A stretch of 64,000 bases of DNA from Octopus sinensis (GCF_006345805.1 NC_043003.1:29078001-29142000); one strand, 5' to 3'; positions 22,973-35,337 are shown, counted from the first letter of the stretch. The notes: a model not told the origin generated them from the letters alone. Translations and numbers: made by a program.

Positions 22973-23878
22973 GCCCTCATAGTTGTATACTTGACATAGC
23001 AATGCACAAATACACAAGCATACATCGACCTATTCAGGTCACATCAACCCAAAGAGTTATCCTGACTAAGACAATAGACGCTTGCCACTGTGTTGGTGAC
23101 CGACTGGAATTCTGAAAATGTAAAATGGCTTAAATAAATTGCTAAGTAAAACATACGTGTATATACATATGTACATGCATACAACAGCACATAAGTGTAC
23201 ATATATGTAGACTTAAATGTTTGCAAGTATGCATGCGTATTTATATACGTATACACATTAGTATGCATACGTAGTTAAGAACATACATACATACATACAT
23301 ACATACATACATACATACATACATACATACATAACCGCCATCATTCGCAAGTGAGTTTGACTTGGTAGCTTGTTCTGGGCTTCCATTATTTGATTTAAAT
23401 ACCTCTGTAGTTGTGAGCAGATATAGACATTCTTGCGGTCCTCGCACATTTGATCCAGCGAAACACGCAGAATGAGACAGCTGGAGAGAGAGAGAGACAC
23501 AGAGAGAGACAGAGAGACAGAGAGAGAGAGACAGAGAAAGAGAGAAGGGGAGAGAGAGACAAACAGACAGAGACAGAGACAGACAGAAAGAGAGAGAGAG
23601 AACAGCAATTCTACTCGACTTGTGTTCTTTTAAACTGCGTACTCTGAAACAACGTGTAATGAAATATTTTGCTCTAAGAGACAACTGCACCGCTCGGTCT
23701 ATGAATCAAACTTGTGACTTGTTAAACATGTTAATAGTAAGTATTATTAGCGGCGAGTTGACGAAGTCGTTGGACCTCGTACAGAACACCTCGCGACATG
23801 CGACATTCGTTCCGACTGTGTACCCTCTGAGTTCAAATACTGCCCAGATCATGTAGATATTTTTAAAATTTCGAAATA

Positions 23879-24050
23879 GGTGCAGGAGTTGTTGTATGAT
23901 AAGTAGCTTGCTTACCAACCACATGGTTCCGGGTTCAGTCCCACTGCGTGGTTCCTTGGGCAAGTGTCTTCTACTATAGCCTCGTGCCGACCAAAGCCTT
24001 GTGAGTGGATTTGGTAGACGGAAACAGAAAGAAGCCCGTCGTATATATGT

Positions 24051-24102
<52 letters not shown>

Positions 24103-24300
24103 AGTATCTATGTTTGTCCCCAATATCGCTTGACAACCGATGCTGGTGTGTTTACGTCCCCGTAACTTAGCGGTTCGGCAAAAGAGACCGACAGAATAAG
24201 TACTAGGCTTATAAAGAATAAGTCCTGGGGTCGATTTGTTCGACTAAAGGCAGTACTCCAGCATGGCCACAGTTAAATGACTGAAACAAGAAAAAGAGTA
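23879..24300 (+). mobile_element. SINE-A, full length
   Basis: Collinear with 639-1072. Confidence 0.9.
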
Positions 24301-24597
24301 AATAAAATTCTTTTAATTTAAAAAGACAAAAAAGAGGACGAAAAAGAAAAAAAGAAAGAAAACCACTATTTCTGTTTCTGCTGTCTCATAGTCGCCTGCT
24401 TTGTGGCTTTCCAAATGGTTATCTGTGATTCTGGCTGTTAGGGATTGTCGGTCCAGATAGTTGGTTCACAATAACTACTTGACATAGAGGAAACCTGTAG
24501 ATTAATTTTTAGTGATGTGGGATTTCTGTGTATTTGCTTGTCTGTATATGTGTTTGTGCGAGTTTGCGCATGCTTGTATGAGTGTGCGTTTGTATCT

Positions 24598-24637
<40 letters not shown>

Positions 24638-24920
24638 AATTTTCACTGAGATTTGCTCAAGTTTTGCTTTCCTAGAATTTCATGTCGGACACAAAGAAAG
24701 TGCATGTATGTATGTATGTAAGTGTACATATGTATGCATGTGTACTTGTATATATGTGTGTTTGTACGTAAGCATGTATGTATTTTAGTACATAAATGTG
24801 TGTATGCGCACACGCGCGTGTGTGTATATATGCGTACATGTATGTACGCATATATGCAAGTATGTGTGTTGATAGCACATGTATTGATTGTATGTGTGCG
24901 TGCGTTTACGTATAAGTTTA

Positions 24921-25078
24921 TGGTGGTGGTGGCGGCGGCTGAGGTGGTGGCAGCGGCGGCGGAGGTGGTAGCGGCGGCAGTGACGGTGACGGCGGCGGCG
25001 GCAGTGGTGGTGGTGGTGATGGCCGTGGCGGCGGCGGCGGTGGTGGCGGTGGTGGTGGTGGTGGTGGTGGTGGTGGTA
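24921..25078. repeat. (GGT/GGC)n trinucleotide repeat
   Basis: Direct reading. Confidence 0.9.
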
Positions 25079-25372
25079 TTGACAGTAGCTCTAAGTTTAT
25101 ATTACTGAAGCTTTATGGAATTCAAGACAGGGACTTAGTGAGTGATATATAGAACGTATAGAGATATAGAGAGTGATGTATAGCGACAGAGGCGTATAGA
25201 GAAGTACACTGAGGCGTAGAGAGACATATAGAGACGTGCAAAGACACGTAGATATTCTTAAGAATGCATAGAGATATTCAAAGACATATATAACCACATA
25301 GAGCTATACATAGACATATGAAGACATTCAGAATCATATAGAGACGAATAGAAGTATACACCGATGTACGCA

Positions 25373-25696
25373 GACATTCAGAGATATTTAGAAACATACA
25401 GAAATATATTGAGATATATGTTATTATTATTTAAAACAATTTGATTCGACTTCATGCGACTCATAGTTTCTCAGGCTTCTTGAGGCTCAGTTGACTGAAT
25501 CGGTAATCTGAGCCTGAGCGAGTTAAGTTTCAGTACAGGGACATTCAGAGACATTTAGAAACATACAGAAATATATTGAGATATATATTATTATTTAAAA
25601 CAATTTGATTCGGCTCCATGCGACTCATAGTTTCTCAGGCTTCTTGAGGCTCAGTTGACTGAATCGGTAATCTGAGCTTGAACGAGTTAAGTTTCA
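25373..25696. repeat. ~167-bp direct tandem duplication covering flank plus the left part of a MITE
   Basis: gacattcagag..gagttaagtttca at 25373-25532 and 25540-25696. Confidence 0.85.
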
Positions 25697-25749
25697 ATCA
25701 GAAACTTTTAGTCACATAGAACCGAATCAAACTGTTTTAAATAATAATA
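25586..25749. mobile_element. MITE with ~40-bp TIRs
   Basis: tattattatttaaaacaatttgattcggctccatgcgact versus agtcacatagaaccgaatcaaactgttttaaataataata. Confidence 0.78.
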
Positions 25750-25869
25750 CATGTGACCCCTAAATGTGTTGAATATGTTTTTCATTAGTTTGTCCATTCA
25801 CTCGTATTGAAACATACGGAAATATATAGAAACATAGTGAGAAATAGAGAGACGTAAAACCTCTCTTTC

Positions 25870-26116
25870 ATGTATCCTTACAAGAAAAGGGTGTTATGGT
25901 GCAAGTTTTAGAAAGAGTACGGACGTGCGAAGCCGAAAATGGCTGCTATTTAAGCGATGTCCTTTTACATATGTGATGTAGTGGTGTTGAAAAGTTTGAC
26001 ATGAGCGTATTAATTTCTATTAGGTCTTTTATATTGAACCAATATTTCATGCATTTATTTGTAAAGTTAAGGAAATTATTAAAAATTGAAACCCATCGGT
26101 AACTTTTGGGAGACCC

Positions 26117-26118
<2 letters not shown>
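25870..26118 (+). mobile_element. Tc1/mariner 3' end fragment with TIR
   Basis: ERVRTCEAENGCYLSDVLLHM* terminal peptide; TIR gtaacttttgggagaccct + TA, related to the 22353 MITE TIR. Confidence 0.62.
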
Positions 26119-26151
<33 letters not shown>

Positions 26152-26169
26152 GTATATATGTATATATTT

Positions 26170-26395
26170 GTGTATCTGTTTGTTCCCACCCCACCATCGC
26201 TTGACAACCGATGTTGGCGTGTTTACGTCCTCGTAACTTATCGGTTCGGCAAAAAAGAGCGATAGAATGAGTACTAGGCTTCGAAAGAATAAGTCTTGAG
26301 GTCAATTTGTTCGACTAAAACCCCTTAATGTGGTGTTCCAGCATGGCCGCAATTAAATGACTGAAACAAGTAAAAGAATAAAAGAATAAAAGAAT
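26170..26395 (+). mobile_element. SINE-A 3' half
   Basis: cgcttgacaaccgatg..ccagcatggccgca..gactgaaacaag(taaaagaa)n. Confidence 0.85.
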
Positions 26396-27220
26396 ATTTA
26401 GAGCATTTCATACACACACAGAAAATTATATTGAAATATATACAGATAACTACAGTCGTACATAGATATTCAGAAATATGTAATGATATGCAGAACATTA
26501 AAACATACTGAAACATGGATAACAATAGACATGTATAGGTACTCGAATACAATAGGATATATCGAACATTACTAAATACACACAGAAACATGCTGAAACG
26601 AATACAGGCATATAAAGATATATAGAGAGAGAGAGACATGGAGAAGATATATAGACTTAACAGAAACATATATGTATATGATACACACACACACACACAC
26701 ACACACACCTAAAGACATGGATGTAAGAACAGAGACCTGCCACCTACACAGTAAAAAAATAATGTCAGAAAGAAATTATGATATCCAATGACAACCAAAC
26801 ATTAGCTTTTACAATGCGAAGGAGATAATTAACAAAAAAACAACAACAGAGAAACAACAAAAGAAAAGAAAAGAAAAAAACAGTACTGAAACGCCGGAAT
26901 GCATAACATGTTTCCGCGGCAATAATTGTTTTGTCTTTGTCGTTGCCGGTTTTATGTTGATATTGTTAATTTTGTTGTCGTTTTGTTGCTATTGTTGTTG
27001 GTTGCTGTTTTTCCATAGTTTCGTCCAATAATTCTCAAAAGTGTGAACCCCCACCTCCACTTCCACCATGAGTGTATACTCACTATTATGTCTCCCACAC
27101 GAGAAAACAACTTATTCTACATCTCTATAATTGTACTTACGTCACAGTGATGATTTAAAGAAAAAACATTAGGAAACAATAATAAATCTCTGAACGAGAT
27201 ATAAACAGTAACTGCACGAC

Positions 27221-27773
27221 AATGTGAGGTATACTTGCCATCTCATTATGGCTAACCACTAAAGGTGGGTGTTACTGTAGCTTGTAGCCCCAGGAGAACA
27301 TCGTCTCCAGCTGACTTTAGGCACACTTTCTGTACCCTAATGGTATTTGCAAAGGGAGGTCACCCTTCCCTCGTCAACCTAAGTGGTACGCACGGACTGC
27401 AAGTTTCTAGGTATTGACCTGTCGTCGGTGTTCGACAATCACCGGTTTTCGATGAAGGGAGGTCCCAATGCAAATTCTTATATCGTTTTTCTAGTAACTT
27501 ATCGTCACTGCTTATAAGAATTTGCATTGGGACCTCCCTTCATCGAAAACCGGTGATTGTCGTACGCCGACGACAGGTCAATACCTAGAAACTGCAGTCC
27601 GTGCGTATCACTTAGGTTGACGAGGGAAGGGTGACATCCCTTTGCAAATACCATAAGAGCACAGAAAGTGTGCCTAAAGCCAGCTGGAGACGATGTTCTC
27701 CTGGGGCTACAAGCTACAGTAACACCCACCCTTAGTGGTTAGCCATAATGAGATGGCAAGTATACCTCACATT
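27221..27773. repeat. Fold-back palindrome, ~262-bp arms, ~28-bp spacer, no TSD seen
   Basis: aatgtgaggtatacttgcc...caaattcttata versus tataagaatttg...ggcaagtatacctcacatt. Confidence 0.9.
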
Positions 27774-28444
27774 AGGAAACAATTTTCGTTTTATTCAGTA
27801 TGAAAATTTACCCGACTTCTTTTCAATCTTCACAACGTACCCCCACTCATCCCCATCAACACTGGTTTACTTAAAGAAACGAAGGCAGTGTCCATGAATT
27901 TTTCCAGGGCTTCTGTAAGTGGTGAGAGAAAAAAGAAAGATTGTTCTGAGAATGGGTACCTGGTTACAAAACCTCTAATAAAAATGGACTTCGCTTAAGG
28001 TACTCAAGGATCGGATGGTGGTGTTGAACCGGCTAATGGGATGTGATTACCCACCAAGACAAAACAAAAACATTGTCTTTGACGGGATTCCATATAGTTT
28101 CCATTAACACAATTTCACTCAATGCGTTATTTGTCCTGAAATTATGTGAGAAGACACCCAAGTTTCAATGTTCGTATTGAACCCAAAGCAATGTAATTGC
28201 TAGGGAAAACTTTTTTATCGTTTAACGAAAAGGGAGGGCATTGCTCATTACCTTTTACAGGACCTTCTAGAGTGGCGAAAATGAGAGAAAGTATCCTTAA
28301 ATTGGAGACTTGACCCGAATGTTTACCACAGAAGGTGCTTCGCCTAAAGTAGCGTTAAGCCAAACGATCGACAACGTTAATTCATGAAACACCCTGTTGT
28401 TGTTGCTGGTATTTAATTCTAAGATAGTACTTATTGAGCAAATA

Positions 28445-28841
28445 CTGGCACTCCGTCGGTTACGACGACGAGTGTTCCAGCTGGCCCAATCAACGGAACG
28501 TCCTGCTCGTGAAGTTAACGTGCAAAATAGCTGGGCACTCCACAGATATGCGTTCTCTTAACGTAGTTCCCGGAGGGATTCGGTGTGACACAAAATGTGA
28601 CAAGGGTAGCCTTTGGAAATACATGTACTCTTTTATTCTTTTATTTGATTCAGTCATTTGACTGCGGCCATACTGGAGCACCGCTTTTAGTCGAGCAAAT
28701 CGGCCCCAGGACTTATTCTTTATACGCCTAGTACTTATTCTATCGGTCTCTCTTGCCGAACCGCTAAGTTACGGGGACGTAAATACACCAGCATCTGTTG
28801 TCAAGTGATGTTGGGGGGGGGGAGACAAACACAGGCACACA

Positions 28842-28883
<42 letters not shown>

Positions 28884-29071
28884 ACAGGCTTCTTTCAGTT
28901 TCCGTCTACCAAATCCACTCACAAGGCTTTGTTCGGCCCTAGGCTATAATAGAAGACACTTGCCCAAGGTGCCACGCTGTGGGACTGAACCCGGAACCAT
29001 GTGGTTGGTAAGCAAGCTACTTACCACACAGCAACTTTTACCAGCTGAGTGGATTGGAGCAACGTAAAATT
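28445..29071 (-). mobile_element. SINE-C interrupted by a SINE-A insertion
   Basis: Tail 28445-28625; continuation ttttaccagctgagtggattggagcaacgtaaaat at 29036-29071. Confidence 0.75.
28627..29035 (-). mobile_element. SINE-A, near full length
   Basis: Reverse complement collinear with 639-1072. Confidence 0.9.
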
Positions 29072-29074
29072 CGT

Positions 29075-29250
29075 TTCTCTGTCTTTGTTTGTCCTCTTTG
29101 TGTTTAGCCCCTTGTGGGTAGTAAAGAAATAGGTATTTCGTCTGTCTTTACATTCTGATTTCAAATTCCGCCGAGGTCGATAAATCAACTCCCCCTCCCC
29201 ACTTACAAAAAACAAATGCGGGCCTTGTGCCTAGAGTAGAAAAGAATATA
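29075..29250 (+). mobile_element. 5'-truncated SINE-B dimer
   Basis: Retains the aaagaaata|ggtatttcgtctg junction and the terminal tail. Confidence 0.75.
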
Positions 29251-29468
29251 TAGTCTTTATTCTGTAACATTGTGTATCTAAGATCGAGTTATCCAAATGT
29301 ATGTTTCATTGATTAGGCAGTAGAGTGTGACCCGAAGAAGATTTGGCTGCTATTTTTAGCAGGTTGCTCATTCGTATAGGTGTCATCCCGTAGATTCTCG
29401 CCCGATTAGTTGCATAAAAAATGGTATTTAGTTAAAGAAAGGAAAATATATTTCAATAATATAATCAT

Positions 29469-30062
29469 AGGCGAAGGCACGGCTGTGTGGTTAAGACGCT
29501 CGCTTTGTAACCACGTGATATCGGGTCTGTACCACGTCTTCTGCTTTAGCCCCGAGTCACTTTGTGAGTGAACTTGATAGAAGAAAACTGTGTAGAAGCC
29601 CGTTGAGTATACACATACGTGTATGTGTCTGTGTGTGCGCGTGTGTATGTGTGTGTGTGGATTTGTGGTAAGAAGCTTGCTTCCCATCCACATGGTCCCG
29701 GTTTCAGTCCTACTGTGTGGCACATTGGGCAACTGTCGTCTATTATAGCCTCAGACCGATCAAAGCCCTGCGAGTGATTTAGTAGACGGAAACAGAAGGA
29801 AGCTCGCCGTGTGTGTATATATGTGTGTGCGTGTGTGTGTGTGTGTATCTTTGTGTTTATCCCACCACTACTGCTGACAACCGGTGTTGGTGTATTTATG
29901 TCTCCATAACTTAACGATCCGGAGTAAAAAAAAAACGATAAAATAAGCACCAAACTCGAGTAAAGATATGTACTGAGGTTGATTTGCGTGACTAAACCCC
30001 TCTAGGCGGTGCCCAAGCATGGCCACAGTCCAATATCTAGAACAAATAAAAGATAAAAGATT
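29469..30062 (+). mobile_element. SINE-A with two heads in tandem
   Basis: Head 1 at 29469-29610, (TG)n, head 2 at ~29660-29810, single tail to 30062. Confidence 0.75.
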
Positions 30063-30596
30063 TAAATGGTCTCTTGTAGACTGCGCCAAATTATAAATAA
30101 TAGATCGTGCCAAGAGCTTATGCCAAAAAGAAAAATTATGCAAGATCTTACTAAGTGTTTCTCTTTGTTTTTTTCTCTCTTCTCTTTTTTTTTTGCTTGA
30201 GTTTATTCCTAGTGGAATATTAACGATTCTATCTGTAGATATGAGGTTATATCCAATGGCAACGTTACGTAAATTTGCAGGAAATAATTCAAGAAAATCG
30301 GTCTGGAATACAGAAAAATTGGAATACAGAAACCATACAAAAGTGAAGCTCCATTAGTTACATAAGAAGATCGAATGAAATATCTCTTATCTAAAACTGT
30401 TTGATCATGGAAAGAAGAATTGATTCTAATAATGTAGCAATAAAAAAAAAAATGGTCGGCCATAGAATATTCCAAAGATTGTGAAAGAAGTAGAAGATTA
30501 TGCAGTGTCGGTCTGAGATGGAGCAGGCGGCGTGGTGGTGTTTTTATACTATTATGAATGATTGGTGCAAAATTAAACAAGGTCTGACTGTTTTTA

Positions 30597-30667
<71 letters not shown>

Positions 30668-30668
30668 T
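30597..30668. repeat. (ATT)n microsatellite
   Basis: Direct reading. Confidence 0.95.
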
Positions 30669-30678
30669 GGTGTCTTAA

Positions 30679-30875
30679 GGCGGCGAGCTAGCAGAATCGT
30701 TGGCAAACCAGACAAAATGCTTAGCGGCATTTCGTCCCCTTTTCGTTCTGAGTTCAAATGAATCCGAGTGAAATTTTGTCTTTCATCCTTTCAGGGTTGA
30801 TGAACTAAGTATATAATCGACTAGCCCCCTCCCACCAAATTTCAGGCCATGTGCTTATAGTAGAAAGGGTTATTA
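30679..30875 (+). mobile_element. SINE-B monomer
   Basis: Head, core, tail. Confidence 0.8.
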
Positions 30876-31031
30876 TTTGGGAATTTTCTAAAACACTGAC
30901 CTGGCAAGATTGTTAGAGAGTCGGAAAGTATGCGTGGCAGTATTACTTGCGACTCATTACGTTCGGAGTTCAAATCCCGCCGCGTTTGTCTTTGCCTTTA
31001 ATCCTTTCGGACTCGATAAAATAAGTACAAC

Positions 31032-31219
31032 ACGACCATGGGCTGCACAGCACAGCACAGCACAGCACAGCACAGCACAGGCGCCCAGACCGAACTCATG
31101 GCTCTCCTTGGACCCTAAGTAAGGCAAGTGTAATATGTGAATGAAATTGGTTGTGTAGTTCTCAAGTTTTAGGGAAACGCATAGACAGATAGGCACACAT
31201 TCTAGGTTTTATATATATA
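31032..31219 (-). mobile_element. Helitron-like 5'-end fragment (same family as 32710-33835)
   Basis: ggaccctaagtaaggc..gaatgaaattggttgtgtagttctcaagtttt shared with 33599 and 33748. Confidence 0.6.
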
Positions 31220-31617
31220 CTAGCAGTATCGCCCGGCGTTGCTCGGGTTTCTAAGGGAAATAACTATATAAGCATTTTTAGAGAGTTATAGCCAAAAAAT
31301 AGGAAAAAAATACATTAAAAATGGAAAAAAAATTAAGATAAATTTTTTTTTTAAATCGTTGACACATCGTAGATATTTTTAGAGAGTTACTTCCATTATA
31401 TAATAGCTAAAAAATGCATTAAAATGGAAAAATATGATGGTAAATTTTTTTTAAATCGTAGACTCATCGTAGACGCGCGCTAATACCCAGAAGGGCTCGA
31501 TATGAATCACGACTATAAGATACCCGCTTTTGGTTACACTGCACCGTAAAATGTGGGAGTAGTTACGAATCTAAATCGTAGGAGACAGACACACAACTTT
31601 ACTCTTATATATAAAGA
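31220..31617 (-). mobile_element. Non-autonomous Helitron, complete
   Basis: Minus strand starts TCTTTATATATAAG after A; ends hairpin CCCGAGCAACGCCGGG then CTAG before T; no TSD. Confidence 0.85.
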
Positions 31618-31729
31618 TATAAGTCACGTAGTTATATACACATACTTTGTTATATACACATTCTTAAAAGAAAATGTTATTTTTAACACAACATTTATAA
31701 AGAATAAAATATTTTTTGGTTTTTCTTAA

Positions 31730-32450
31730 CCCTTTCGTTACTATATTTCTGACCAAAATACACCCCTTATGTGTTTCAATTATTTTCTAACGTAATCATA
31801 AATTTAGTCTGGTTTCATTAAACAACAATAACTTTTTTATTTATCAATATATTAATGTGATTTTTGGAAGATAATTTAATGAAATGTTCTCAACCAATTC
31901 TATACTATAATTTTTGTCACAAAGTGACTCTAATTGCAGGTAGATACAGGTAAATTCAACAATATATAAAATTATTAAAATTTTTGTTCAAACATCGCTA
32001 TAGAAAATGGGTTATTAGCTAATATTCAATTGGGTATACAACAAAATTTTATGATAGAATTTGTTATTCTGGGTAACTTTCTGATACCCATAATAATATT
32101 TATGGCAAAATAGGCCTTAATTTCATTTAAGGTTGTGGGAAATAACAAACTATCCTTTCTTTCGTTTTGTTTACATTTTAGCGTAACAGTTCGTTTCCGC
32201 CGTAATGATTTCAAATAGGCTCATTCAAAAAAGTAAAAAGAAATAGTCTAAGGCTTTACTCTCCTGGGAAAGTCTGTGGCTTGATGCAGTTTCTTCAGAA
32301 AAATCACCGAAAGAAACAGTTTTTAAATTTTCACTCCATTCAGGTACCAATTCATTTTCTTAATCGCTGTCGGATTCACTGTTTTCACTTTAATAGTTGC
32401 AAACTTGCAAAGAGAAAGGAGAAATTAGAGTGATAACATCATTGAAACAG
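31730..32450 (-). mobile_element. piggyBac element, internally deleted; one TIR visible
   Basis: TTAA (31726-31729) + CCCTTTCGTTAC terminus; ALDYFFLLF..LFEIITAETNCYA and PTTLNEIKAYFAINIIMGIRKLPRI (piggyBac transposase N-terminal region). Confidence 0.8.
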
Positions 32451-32552
32451 TTCGCTCCCTTTGTGTGTGTGTGCGCTTGCGTGTGGTGTAGGCCACACTA
32501 AGAAAAGCATTTGTCATATACACCACAATGTGAGTTTTCTCTAAATTTTGCT

Positions 32553-32707
32553 TAATTGGGGTTGAAATTTAAAAACTGGACCTGGCACGACCCGATGCAT
32601 TCTACTCTTAAAAATGCTAGGTAAATTGTAATTGAAGAAATCCTATATTGTAGATTTCTATAAGATACAAAGGGAGGCAGATAAAATCTGCCTTTTATAA
32701 TAAGAGA
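32553..32707 (-). mobile_element. Helitron-like 5'-end fragment
   Basis: Minus strand starts A|TCTCTTATTATAAAAGGCAGATTTTATCTGCC; 3' end not found. Confidence 0.55.
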
Positions 32708-32709
32708 TA

Positions 32710-33835
32710 CTAGCATTAAAGAGCCGTCGTTGCCGGGTCATAGTGCTAGTGCATGTATATCTGTATATATATGTATGTACATCTATATATATATATATAC
32801 ATCTACATACAAAGTTATATCTTGATATCGCTAGTGATAACAATACTCAAAATATATAGCAGACTGGAATTGTTAGCCCGTCTCTTGTAATTTCGATCAA
32901 TTGTATCTTGTCCTCCCTCTTGTATAGAAGTGTGGCTACAATCCAGCCTACCTCTACTTCTGGGGGGGGGGGGATTTATAATTTTTTTCCTGGACGTCCT
33001 ACGTCCCAGATATAAAGGTAAAAATAAAATATTTCCACTTTGCAAGTTCGAGTCGAGTACTCCCGTGCACGCTCCGTTGACTCGAACCTTGCTTCTATTG
33101 TGGCTAATTTACCGCCTCTGATTAGATACCTTTTATAGTCGCACCAAGACACTTTTCGAAGGTGCTTTCCTCCAGGTGTTCAAATCTTCTTTTTTCTCTA
33201 CATTGTATAGACAATAGTCTTTTCTTTAATTTAATTTTTTATTATCCATCTGGACTATTCCATTTCTGCACGCTAATTTTATTTTTAATTTATTCCCATT
33301 CATGTGAAACCACTTATTCAAGTTCAAATCATTGATGCAATTTTATACGAATTGCTATTTTTACTTTTTTTATGTTACGATTATATTATACTTTAGTTTG
33401 ATTTTAATTATTACTTACTACATATAATTCAATTGTTATTATTATTTTTATTGTTAAAGTGAAAGTATCTGACATAAAATAGAGAAACGTTTTTGTTTCA
33501 CTTTAACACGTAATACTGAAATAGTGGAAAAGATATGATATTGCTATGGGCTCGCTCTAGGCAAGAAGTTGAACATTTTTTTACCCATGAAACTACATGG
33601 ACCCTAAGTAAGGCATGTGTAAAATTTGAATGGAATTGGTTGTGTAGTTCTCAAGTTTTAGGGAATCGTAATGGAGAAGATATGCTATTGCTGTGGGCTC
33701 GCCCCTAGGCAAAAAGTTTAAATTCTTTTTTGCCGACGACACTCCCCGGACCCTAAGTAAGGCATGTGTAAAATTTGAATGAAATTGGTTGTGTAGTTCT
33801 CAAGTTTTATGGAGGCAGACAGACACACATAAAGA
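32710..33835 (-). mobile_element. Non-autonomous Helitron with ~150-bp internal tandem duplication
   Basis: 3' CTAG|T preceded by imperfect hairpin acccggcaacgacggctc; duplicated block at ~33535-33665 and ~33680-33810. Confidence 0.72.
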
Positions 33836-34115
33836 TAAACAATATGAGAGACTACTATGTGGATCCCTTGAATGCTAAAAATAGACGTCAAACCGTCTTA
33901 CCACGAAATCTGTGTTCTCAAATTAGCAAGACGCTAGATGTTTACGAGTTAGACATATGAAAAGAAATAAGCGCTATGTTTATTTCTTTCCATTCGTCTA
34001 GCTCGTAAACATCTAGCGTCTTGCTAATTTGAGAACAGAGAATTCGCGGTAAGACGGTTTGACGTCTATTTTTAGCATACACGGGATCCATATAGTGACC
34101 TCTCATATTGTTTAT
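33835..34115. mobile_element. Fold-back element, ~135-bp arms, 9-nt loop
   Basis: ataaacaatatgagag...aaagaaataa / gcgctatgt / ttatttcttt...ctctcatattgtttat. Confidence 0.88.
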
Positions 34116-34269
34116 ATTTAGAGAGTAATTTGCTAACTACATTTACATGAGAAACAGTATTTCAGTCAGTGTCAATTTATTTAATGCAAGAAGCAATTTA
34201 TAGTTAACTTTTTTGAATTAGTTTGGTCCATGGACTTCACAAGCTCTCTCGAGGCTAGTGAAATCAGTA

Positions 34270-34710
34270 CAATTCATGTTCCTCATGAGCAATTTATAAT
34301 TTGGTGACTATAAAACAGTGCCCATGTACAGGGAAGGAATTCCAGAGGGCAGAGGTTCAAGGAAACAAAGACTAGTCATAAGTACAAACAAAGGCTGGTT
34401 AAACGCGGTGCCTGTGAATGGACGTAATATGGGTGACGAAGGGAGGAGATATGGGTGAGTTTGGAGTACCTTAGCAGAAGTGACACATGATAAGCCTGCA
34501 TTGAGGAACAGAGGTCATTATAGTAGCTGAAGAAAATGTAGAGAGAGGCTGTATCAAGTTTGTGGGCCAGAGATTGGAGTGCTTTGTTGCGTGATCCCAA
34601 AGGTATTAACTGAGTTGCCATTTTTTTCCTGCTATCTAAGATGCTACAGTATGTAGAAGCGGTACTGTCTCGGATGTGGGACCAACACTTCATTGTGGAT
34701 CTTACCAGAG
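34270..34710 (-). mobile_element. Second CR1/L2-type LINE 3' fragment
   Basis: KCWSHI..ILDSRKKMATQLI..LQSLAHKLDTASLYIFFSYYNDLCS..HPYYV..LFP*TSALWNSFP (YCSHIW..LQSLAHRR..LWN.LP homologue). Confidence 0.72.
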
Positions 34711-35337
34711 TTTTTAAATAATTACGTAATGAAGAAAAAACAATACTATCAAACGACTAATATTATTTACATTTTTCGGCAAATAAGGGAGCTAACTATG
34801 GACAGACTTTTATCTAACTCTGGACAAGGTTCGTATTATTCTGACCTCATCAGCTAAGTATAGCCTTCAGCATACTTATCCTATGTATAGATCTTTTAAA
34901 TAAAATCTCGTTTTCCAAAGCAAACGTAGTATGGAGATCCCTGACTAGTATAAGTGATAAATTAAAAAGAAAAATGACATCTTATAGCTTTTAAAGTGAT
35001 AGCTCCTAGAAATGCCAATGGCTGATGTTTCAGCTTTACAAGTTGTTGTTATTGTTATTTTATTATGTTATTGTTAGTAACACGATAGTGCAGAGGATTA
35101 AGCGTAGAACTGCCATTAATAGTGTATGATTGCTCACTTAAAACTGACAGCCAAAACCAGATGTAAACATGCTGGAGGAGAACAACGGCAAATTTCTTCT
35201 CTCTTTTTAAGCAGAAAATTGGTCAGAAATCATGTTGAATCGTAGAAGAGTCATTATCAGTTGCAAGACGTTGTTTTTGGAAAAATTCTTCTGATTTAAC
35301 GATCGATTTTCAGATTTTTGATCATTTACAAAAGCAT

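Noticed and set aside
23330-23480. Minus-strand exon candidate after the (CT)n tract
   Set aside because: The acceptor is supplied by a microsatellite, donors are weak, and the strand conflicts with the better + strand candidates.
24722-25108. 128-aa Val/Ala-rich ORF as a membrane protein
   Set aside because: Translation of (GGT/GGC)n and (TG)n repeats.
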